A stretch of DNA of 32,000 nucleotides, taken from positions 1,243,533-1,275,532 of the forward strand of contig OZ242186.1 in NCBI GenBank assembly GCA_965205675.1, read 5' to 3'. The notes beneath the pieces were generated by a model, which had not been told where the DNA came from, did not search any database, and saw only the letters and a program-made list of their open reading frames with translations. This DNA comes from Nitrosopumilus sp. GTDB taxonomy: Archaea; Thermoproteota; Nitrososphaeria; Nitrososphaerales; Nitrosopumilaceae. Positions 25,451 to 32,000 of the stretch are shown in pieces (position 1 is the stretch's first letter; each line of letters begins with the position of its first letter). Position numbers and translations under genes: made by a program.

Positions 25451-25997
25451 GTGCCTAAAATCGGCGCCAGCTGGTGCCAAACTGCAAATAGTTTAAGACT
25501 ATATGATCTCAAAACCAACTAATTGTTTGTTTGTTGTTTGTTTGCAAGTAGATATGGAAAAAATTTCAGAGTTATTTTTAGGAACGAAAAACTGTTAATT
25601 TCACTGATTTTTGAGATATCACAACAAACTCTTTGTAGTTTGGCGCCAACTGGTGCCAACTGGTGCCAAACTACAAATAATTAATTAAAAATATGCATTA
25701 TAACGCCAAACTACAAATAATTTTTAGATCTCTAGGCACGAATAATTCTGAAAACAGTATCTATGATACTTCAAACAATAAAACAACAAACAAACAATTT
25801 TAGGCGTGTTGGCGCCAAACTACAATTTGTTGTTTAGTGCCAAACTACAATTTGTTGTTTAGTGCCAAACTACAATTTGTTGTTTAGTGCCAAACTACAA
25901 TTTGTTGTTTAGTGCCAAACTACAATTTGTTGTTTAGTGCCAAACTACAATTTGTTGTTTAGTGCCAAACTACAAATAATTATTAATCGTATCTGAA
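25451..25997. promoter_or_regulatory. iteron-rich origin-like (or centromere-like) region
   Basis: Eleven copies of GCCAAACTACAA (one variant, one inverted). Three 10-bp TGG(C/T)GCCAA(C/A) tandem units at 25641-25670. A 19-bp perfect inverted repeat AATTGTTTGTTTGTTGTTT at 25521-25539 / 25781-25799. AT-rich spacers. Confidence 0.6.
25811..25985. repeat. tandem array, 25-bp unit x 7 (AGTGCCAAACTACAATTTGTTGTTT)
   Basis: Units start at 25811, 25836, 25861, 25886, 25911, 25936 and 25961. The first unit starts GGC and the last diverges after ..ACTACAA. Units 2-6 are identical. Each unit holds an imperfect dyad AAACTACAA/TTGTTGTTT. Confidence 0.95.
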
Positions 25998-26450
25998 ATG
26001 GAAGAAAACAAAGTTAGAATTCATACTCGTATAGATGAGAGTATCAAGGCTCGCTGGGAGTATTTCCTATTGTCACATCATCATGCAATTAAAGGCGGAT
26101 ATGGACCTGAATTAGGCAGAGCCATGGAGATGTACATGAATCAATTTGAAAAAATTCCCGAAAATAATATACCGCAAATGAATATGAACAAGACAACACG
26201 CGATGGGTTGAGATTGATATGTATTGCATTTAGGGCATTGCCGACATATCCATCCGTTGCACCGCTTGTTGTGAGGTCAGTCGTGAAAAACAGTCTGTCC
26301 AAAAAGGACAATAGAAGTTTTAATGGGTATCTAAAACGTGTAGTTGAACATCTTGAGGACCACACATCAGATGATGGAACAAAGACAAAGTCTGTGAAGA
26401 AATTCTGTGAATATGTTGACCGGCTGCTAAATGAAAATTCTTTGAAATAA
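25998..26450 (+). CDS. RHH-like DNA-binding protein (paralog B)
   Basis: The N-terminal VRIHTRIDESIKARWEYFLLSHHHAIKGGYGPELGRAMEMYMNQ matches the pattern of ORF 25081 (R-I-x-T-x-[VI] .. HH-x-[VI]-x-x-G-x-Y-x-x-E-[ML]-x-x-A-M-x-x-Y). Confidence 0.55.
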   Translation: MEENKVRIHTRIDESIKARWEYFLLSHHHAIKGGYGPELGRAMEMYMNQFEKIPENNIPQMNMNKTTRDGLRLICIAFRALPTYPSVAPLVVRSVVKNSLSKKDNRSFNGYLKRVVEHLEDHTSDDGTKTKSVKKFCEYVDRLLNENSLK

Positions 26451-26543
26451 TGTGTTGTGAGACTGATGTGGCACGTTCTGATGATCTTCTATTAAGACAA
26501 ATAAAATTGCTGATTCTGCATATTTCAAACAGAAAATCTGTTT

Positions 26544-27335
26544 TTGAACAACATCGTATTACAAGATAAACAAACTTTGCAAAATCCATACACTAGAAGC
26601 TCGATGCTATACTGGCATCCTAAAATAAAACACTTGGATATTCCTCAACCGCAAACGGGGATTATACAGATTCCACCTGCAAAGTTTGCAGAGCTAATCG
26701 ATGGCAACTCTACACTGTCTGAATATTCTGAAGAGTTTTCAAAAATTCTAAATTCGTTGGGACCATTTCCCATTTTCTTGAGAACTGATAACTCTAGCCA
26801 AAAGCATTCCTTCAAAAAGACATGCAGATTGCCTGATGAACTGTCTCTGCTTGGACATATTCTGGAACTGGTAGATTCCAACATGGCATCAAACATGACA
26901 GATAACGCCCTGGTTTTCAGAAAATGGCTTGATCTTGATGCGGGATTTTCAGCCTTTGATGGACTGCCAATAAATGTGGAGGCGCGGGCATTTATCAATT
27001 GCGGCAAAGTACAATGCATTCATCCGTACTGGCCTGAGGGTGCAATACAGCAGTGGTTGGACCGGAGAGAATTGTCAGGGAGACAATTTGGCAAGAGTAT
27101 GCCGCACCAAATAAATCCCAGATGGAGGGAAATTCTCAAGTCTCAAAATGATATTGTGATAAAATCAAAACAAATTCTGGAGAAATACTGCACAATGGTA
27201 ATTGATGGTATCGGTAGTGATTACTGGTCAGTAGACTTTGCACTTGGCAGAGACGGTACGTGGTATCTCATTGATATGGCAGCAGGCGAGGTATCGTATC
27301 ATTGCCATGATTGTGAATTTGTGATGAATAATTAA
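26544..27335 (+). CDS. ATP-grasp-like protein (tentative)
   Basis: ..PIFLRTDNSSQKH.., ..EARAFINCGKVQCIHPYWP.. and ..WSVDFALGRDGTWYLIDMAAGEVS resemble ATP-grasp enzymes found in phages. TTG start; the ATG at MLYWHPK is an alternative. Confidence 0.45.
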   Translation: MNNIVLQDKQTLQNPYTRSSMLYWHPKIKHLDIPQPQTGIIQIPPAKFAELIDGNSTLSEYSEEFSKILNSLGPFPIFLRTDNSSQKHSFKKTCRLPDELSLLGHILELVDSNMASNMTDNALVFRKWLDLDAGFSAFDGLPINVEARAFINCGKVQCIHPYWPEGAIQQWLDRRELSGRQFGKSMPHQINPRWREILKSQNDIVIKSKQILEKYCTMVIDGIGSDYWSVDFALGRDGTWYLIDMAAGEVSYHCHDCEFVMNN

Positions 27336-27782
27336 ATGAAGGTTCTCCAGGTTCCAATTTTACTTTGTTTCAGGTGCAAAAGAAACTTTACTCCGAAAAT
27401 TGATACAGATGCTCTGACAGTTGCAATTCCAAAGGCATGTCCACACAGAGACTGCCGTTCTCAGACGTGGAATGTTCCTGGCGACGAATTAAAAATTATC
27501 CGCAAGACTCAGAACCTTAACTTGCTAAATGGTCCCAAACACAAAACAGGAATAAAAAAGTCAGTGCCAGTACTTGCAGGATATCTGCCAAAAAAGAATG
27601 AAAAAGTTCCATTGGTTGTGTGTGTTGACTGTGAGCTGTTCTTCTGCGATGGACCGTCCCTGAAGAGGCATCAGCATAGACGGCATCACGGCATGTGCAG
27701 CAAATGTCATGCCAGTAACGTGTATGTTGCATTGAGGAACGGCAATACGGTTTGCCAAAACTGCGTTGAACCTGAAAAATAA
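27336..27782 (+). CDS. multi-zinc-finger protein
   Basis: CFRCKRNF..CPHRDC, the C2H2-like CVDCELFFCDGPSLKRHQHRRHH, and CSKCH..CQNC. Confidence 0.55.
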   Translation: MKVLQVPILLCFRCKRNFTPKIDTDALTVAIPKACPHRDCRSQTWNVPGDELKIIRKTQNLNLLNGPKHKTGIKKSVPVLAGYLPKKNEKVPLVVCVDCELFFCDGPSLKRHQHRRHHGMCSKCHASNVYVALRNGNTVCQNCVEPEK

Positions 27783-27840
27783 AACGGCGCAAGAAGTGAA
27801 TCTGTTAATACATATGGCAGATTTTTATTAAAAATTTATC

Positions 27841-28050
27841 ATGGGGTGTCGTGAAACGTGCGATGTATACAAGGCAAAAAAACCATTCATGTCAAGCAGA
27901 TACTCTAATGGACAAAAGAGATGTTCTACATGCAGTATCTTCATTCATTGGGATGGAGTATTCTGTCCCTGTTGCAGCATGACTCTGAGAACTGGTCCGC
28001 GCAACGCCTCAGACAAGGCACGACTGTTATCAGCCAAACCGAAACCGTAA
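27841..28050 (+). CDS. small zinc-ribbon protein
   Basis: 69 aa with CSTC..CPCC and a basic tail. Confidence 0.5.
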   Translation: MGCRETCDVYKAKKPFMSSRYSNGQKRCSTCSIFIHWDGVFCPCCSMTLRTGPRNASDKARLLSAKPKP

Positions 28051-28112
28051 GGAAAACCAACTAATTTCTGGTATGTCTTGGCGATATTGAAAAACATCAA
28101 AAATCACATAGC

Positions 28113-28556
28113 ATGATATTTTTCGTACCTGACAAAAAATCAGATGATACGCAGCTCTTGGCAATTGCTGCATATCTGGAGCATACTCATAATATCCCCA
28201 AGAGTCAAATCAAAAAAGACTGGTATGTCCTGATAAATCCTAAAAGGCATAATATTTTTGGAATCACCCAACGTGTCGTTCCAAAACTGGTCCAAATAGA
28301 TACGATTATCCACAATCCGGACATCATAATACTTGACAAGCATTACAAACTTGCACATATCATTGAGCTTGACGGTTACTCTCACAAGACACAACAGGGA
28401 CTGCAAAAAACTGCAAAACGAAACCAGCACTATACACAATCAAAGATACCCTTTACCGTACTTGATGTTGAGGATTTGAAGCGTATTGGCAAAAGCTGGT
28501 TTGAATATATTGATGAGGCACTGCATGAAACCCTCGATTTGATCCAAAATGGATAA
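28113..28556 (+). CDS. PD-(D/E)xK nuclease-like protein (DUF559/Vsr-like, tentative)
   Basis: ..DIIILDKHYKLAHIIELDGYSHKT..KRNQHYTQSKIPFTVLDVEDL resembles the ..D..vvEvDG..H...D..R...L...G..v.R motif. Confidence 0.45.
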   Translation: MIFFVPDKKSDDTQLLAIAAYLEHTHNIPKSQIKKDWYVLINPKRHNIFGITQRVVPKLVQIDTIIHNPDIIILDKHYKLAHIIELDGYSHKTQQGLQKTAKRNQHYTQSKIPFTVLDVEDLKRIGKSWFEYIDEALHETLDLIQNG

Positions 28557-28788
28557 TTCCACCAAAAATCACTTTGTCTGTTGCGAAATTACAATGGATT
28601 GTCATATACAAGCAAAGACTATTTCTGAGGTCGTGAGCATGATAAAAGAAGCAACCAAAGTTTGCAGAATCTGATAAAAGAGCAGTCAAAAAAACATTTG
28701 CAGTATAGTTTTTTTGGATTATTGAAATGACTGTCGTTTCCATTTGTAATGGTAAACATGACTGCCGTAAAATCCTGTATGGCATTGC

Positions 28789-29187
28789 ATGACTGACTGC
28801 AAGCGCTGCAAGACTGTTATTTATTTTGAGAATAATCGCTGCTTTGATGCCAATGGCATACCTCATGACATCAGAGTGTGCAGTACCATTCCAAATCATG
28901 TGTGGTGTCCCCTACACCGAGAATTATTTTCTCAAAAAGAACCGTGTACGCACTATGGTAAATACGGATATGAGCCTGGACAGAACGAGGAATTTTTCAT
29001 TGCTTTGATCTATCAGAACTATTCGAAAGGTGACTGGTTTCTCAGAAGACACAAAACTTTCAGAGGTCCCATGAAAAAATCTGTCTGCAAAAAATGCAGT
29101 ACTCCAATACACAACATGAGTGAGAGACAGCAGGTCTTGCATGAAAAAATACATCTCAGTCAAAACTCGCTTGGAGAGTTTTTTTAG
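28789..29187 (+). CDS. cysteine/histidine-rich protein
   Basis: 132 aa with CKRC..C..H, CPLH and CKKC..H...H. Confidence 0.45.
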   Translation: MTDCKRCKTVIYFENNRCFDANGIPHDIRVCSTIPNHVWCPLHRELFSQKEPCTHYGKYGYEPGQNEEFFIALIYQNYSKGDWFLRRHKTFRGPMKKSVCKKCSTPIHNMSERQQVLHEKIHLSQNSLGEFF

Positions 29188-29231
29188 ATTTTCTGCACGG
29201 CTGTCTTTTTAATTAGACATATCTAAGACCT

Positions 29232-30161
29232 TTGGAATTTTCTGAAATATTTCTCTCAGAAGAGTTTTTAGCTGCACTTGTAATATTGTGTTTGATAGTT
29301 GTAATGAGTGATAAGACAGGAAACCGAGTTAAGATTGTTACTGCTATAATCTCCGCAATCGCCACGATATTCATTGCATTTCAAAGCAAGTTTATCGGTA
29401 TTGATGCAATAACGGCATTGTATGAGGATGACCCAGATCACATACTGTTTAGTGTATTTGAAATAGTCGCATCCGTTTCATTTGGCATATTTTTAATTCT
29501 GGCGATGGTCCCCGGCACGATGCTGCTGTTTTTTGTAATTGACAGAACAAGGGATAGAATTAAAACAAACAGTCTTTCTGTGTCGTTGCAAGACGAATCA
29601 AAACTGTTTCCTGGTGGGGTGTTGTACCTTGATGTAAAGTATACCGGTCGCATGTACATGGGTTATTTTACTGCTGATATCATTACACCTTTTGATGAGT
29701 ATTCAGTAAAATCAAAGCATTACAACAGCACAAAACAGTCTGGCACGCTTTGGGGGCGGAACAATGATACTTTTGGGTTAAAATGTGAGATACCTGATAA
29801 TTTCAAACCTGACAGATGCAAAGTTCTCATAAAAGCCAAATGTACAATGAAAATATTTGGAATTTTCTTACCAGTACAGTACACCATTCAAGAACAAGAG
29901 TTGGAATGTACAATTTGTGACGTTTTATCAAATACTGAGGAAAAATTATGCGCTTACGTTGATGAAAAAATAGTATCGGTCAACAAGAGGACAGATACAC
30001 TTGATGAAAAAATGAATAAAAGATTTGACGTGCTGGAAGAAAAGATTGAAAAATTACATGATATGATTTTAGATGAACCGCTGAGATCCCTTAAGATAAG
30101 ATACGCAAAAGGGTATATTACACGCGATGAATTCCTGTGGATCAAAAATGATTTACTCTAG
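29232..30161 (+). CDS. membrane protein with coiled coil and SHOCT-like C-terminus
   Basis: Three N-terminal TM helices, a coiled coil (DTLDEKMNKRFDVLEEKIEKLHDMI), and a C-terminal LKIRYAKGYITRDEFLWIKNDLL that looks like a SHOCT motif. TTG start. Confidence 0.55.
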   Translation: MEFSEIFLSEEFLAALVILCLIVVMSDKTGNRVKIVTAIISAIATIFIAFQSKFIGIDAITALYEDDPDHILFSVFEIVASVSFGIFLILAMVPGTMLLFFVIDRTRDRIKTNSLSVSLQDESKLFPGGVLYLDVKYTGRMYMGYFTADIITPFDEYSVKSKHYNSTKQSGTLWGRNNDTFGLKCEIPDNFKPDRCKVLIKAKCTMKIFGIFLPVQYTIQEQELECTICDVLSNTEEKLCAYVDEKIVSVNKRTDTLDEKMNKRFDVLEEKIEKLHDMILDEPLRSLKIRYAKGYITRDEFLWIKNDLL

Positions 30162-30379
30162 TCTGCACACGTCTTTTTGAAAATGACTCATTTGATAATT
30201 ATAATGTGGACCTGCTGAGAGTTGAAATCCCAATCTCCTGGTTTTCAAGTAGGTTATGTCAGGCGCGCCAATCTCTTTTTTATCACATTCAAATGTATAT
30301 ATTAAATATTTTCTGAAAATGCATCAAATCTCTAAAAACTAATATGAGCTGAAGAGTAAACGCCCATTGTATGACTGAA

Positions 30380-30439
30380 CATTCCTTCTCATTCCTTCTC
30401 ATTCCTTCTCATTCCTTCTCATTCCTTCTCATTCCTTCT
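30380..30439. repeat. 10-bp tandem repeat x 6 (CATTCCTTCT)
   Basis: Six perfect contiguous units about 200 bp upstream of the mod start, inside a 49-codon ATG ORF (30371-30520). Confidence 0.95.
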
Positions 30440-30643
30440 ATTATGATGGTATCAAGGGCAGTACCTGCCCATGAATGTGTCAAAGACCCTAGAGATACAA
30501 CTCTTAAAACACCCCTCTAAAACAAAACCCGAATCTCAAGAAAACAAAAATTATCATTTACTTGCAAATCCTATACTTTTAGATTTGAGATTCCAAAGAA
30601 TTCTCCAATTCTGCATATACAAAATGATTTTGGATAGAACAAA

Positions 30644-32000
30644 ATGACTGTAAGAGTATCTAGAGAATCCTCCGATATCGTGAAAGGAAAAATTCAAATT
30701 CTGAAACAAATAATTCCAGAATGTTTTACAGAAGGGACTCTCGATATTGAGAAATTAAAGAATACTGTTGGTCAAACCTTGGACTCTAATGATGAAAAAT
30801 ATACTCTGAATTGGGCAGGACGTAACGATACTTTCAAAAATATACAAATACCTATAAGGGATACTCTTGTACCAAACAAAAACGAATCTGTGAAATTTGA
30901 TGATACAGAAAATATTTTCATTGAAGGAGAGAATCTTGAAGTTTTAAAGTTATTACAAAGATCATATTTTGGTAAAATCAAAATGATTTACATTGACCCG
31001 CCATACAACACAGGAAAAGATCTTATCTATAAAGATAATTTTCATGAAGATATATCCGAATATTTGAAAGAAACAGGACAGTCAAAAGATGGAATAAAAT
31101 TAACTACAAATCCAGAAACATCTGGGCGTTTTCATTCGGATTGGATTTCTTCTATGTACGCACGATTGTTTATAGCTAGAGATTTACTGACAGATGATGG
31201 TGTGATTTTTGTATCGATTGACGATAAAGAAGTTCATAATTTAAAACTAATAATGAATGAAATCTTTGGCGAAGAAAATTTTATTACGAATATAATTTGG
31301 GAGGGTGGCTTGAAGAATGATTCAACATTTTTTTCAATTTCTCACGATCATATTTTATGCTATGTGAAAAATCAATCTTTATTAAAAAATAATAAAACAA
31401 AATGGAGGTTAGAGAAAAAAGGTATTGATTCAATATATGAGCAAGTAAAAAAATTAAATGAAAATAGTTCTAATCATCAAATACTCTCAAAAGAATTAAA
31501 GAAATGGTATGGGGAATTAGATAAAAACGATCCAGCGTGGAAACATAGACATTATGATGACATTGATGAAAACGGTGTTTTTTTTGGAGGTGATATATCT
31601 TGGCCGGGAAGCGGAGGGCCAAGATATGACGTAATTCATCCAAAAACAAGAAAACCAGTAAAAATTCCAAGATCGGGATGGAGATATTCTAAACAAGAAA
31701 AAATGAATCAGCAAATTAGAGATAATAAAATTCAATTTGGCATAGATGAAACTACTGTTCCAAAAATAAAACGATATTTGCATGAAACTGAAGGTCAAGT
31801 GTACCCAAGTGTAATCTATAAAGATAGACGTGCTGCAAAACAAACACTTGATAGATTATTTCATACAGACATATTTGATGATCCAAAAGACGTAAATGTT
31901 ATTAAAGATTTAATTCGTTTAATTACAGAACGCGATGACATCATCCTAGATTTCTTTGCGGGTTCTGGAACTACTGCACATGCAGTCATGGAATTAAATA
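30644..32000 (+). CDS. mod: Type III restriction-modification methyltransferase (Mod), 3' end beyond window
   Basis: My own translation from ATG 30644 stays open to the window end. It is absent from the ORF track. Motif IV is IYIDPPYNTGKD and motif I is LDFFAGSGTTAHAV (beta-class order). The N-terminus KIQILKQIIPECFTEGTLDIEKLK is typical of Type III Mod proteins. Confidence 0.9.
   Translation, partial: MTVRVSRESSDIVKGKIQILKQIIPECFTEGTLDIEKLKNTVGQTLDSNDEKYTLNWAGRNDTFKNIQIPIRDTLVPNKNESVKFDDTENIFIEGENLEVLKLLQRSYFGKIKMIYIDPPYNTGKDLIYKDNFHEDISEYLKETGQSKDGIKLTTNPETSGRFHSDWISSMYARLFIARDLLTDDGVIFVSIDDKEVHNLKLIMNEIFGEENFITNIIWEGGLKNDSTFFSISHDHILCYVKNQSLLKNNKTKWRLEKKGIDSIYEQVKKLNENSSNHQILSKELKKWYGELDKNDPAWKHRHYDDIDENGVFFGGDISWPGSGGPRYDVIHPKTRKPVKIPRSGWRYSKQEKMNQQIRDNKIQFGIDETTVPKIKRYLHETEGQVYPSVIYKDRRAAKQTLDRLFHTDIFDDPKDVNVIKDLIRLITERDDIILDFFAGSGTTAHAVMELN

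Noticed and set aside
25811-25985. The regular 25-bp repeat array, considered as a CRISPR array.
   Set aside because: The units are contiguous with no spacers, are much shorter than the usual repeat-plus-spacer period, and no cas genes are present. Iterons fit better.
30205-30270. A GC-richer patch with the palindrome GGCGCGCC and a segment GTTGAAATCCCAATCTCC that resembles a tRNA T-loop and 3' end. I considered it as a tRNA fragment or the right att site of the MCM block.
   Set aside because: I could not build acceptor or T stems on either strand, and it shares no convincing match with the att core or with the 18043-18124 tRNA. It remains unexplained.
18330-30470. The shared 9-mers ATTATGATG and AGGGCAGTA near both edges of the MCM block (around 18330-18350 and 30440-30465), considered as att candidates.
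   Set aside because: They occur in swapped order, and 9-mers shared between two ~450-bp segments are expected by chance.

Overview
AT-rich archaeal DNA. The aEF-2, MCM and TFB sequences look Nitrosopumilus-like (thaumarchaeal), but that is an inference I cannot verify here. Layout from left to right: the 3' part of aEF-2 (1-2000); a single-ORF IS66-like insertion sequence with perfect 29-bp terminal inverted repeats (2062-3482); a membrane-protein gene; then about 26 kb of mobile-element-type DNA, almost all on the + strand, with many ATGA or 4-nt start/stop overlaps. This block holds a tyrosine integrase with no ATG start (4827-6500), many small zinc-finger ORFs, and a RelE toxin paired with a duplicated antitoxin. 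It also holds a ParB-MT-A70 DNA methyltransferase, a MazG-like protein, a minus-strand tRNA (18043-18124), a Doc toxin, a TFIIB homolog and a ParB-like protein. Further right are a HAD 5'-nucleotidase, an MCM helicase (22973-25051), and an iteron-rich origin-like region flanked by two paralogous RHH-like genes (25451-25997). The block ends with an ATP-grasp-like protein and a DUF559-like nuclease. A Type III R-M mod gene (30644 onward) runs off the window and is missing from the ORF track. Main hunt results: (1) three att-like copies, at the integrase 5' end, at 12.05 kb and at the tRNA 3' flank, suggest tandem SSV-style integrations that cut int off from its start codon; (2) the tRNA folds as a long-variable-arm (type II) tRNA but carries a GAA (Phe) anticodon; (3) an 11-copy GCCAAACTACAA iteron system lies next to MCM. 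All family assignments come from motifs read by eye. No searches were run.
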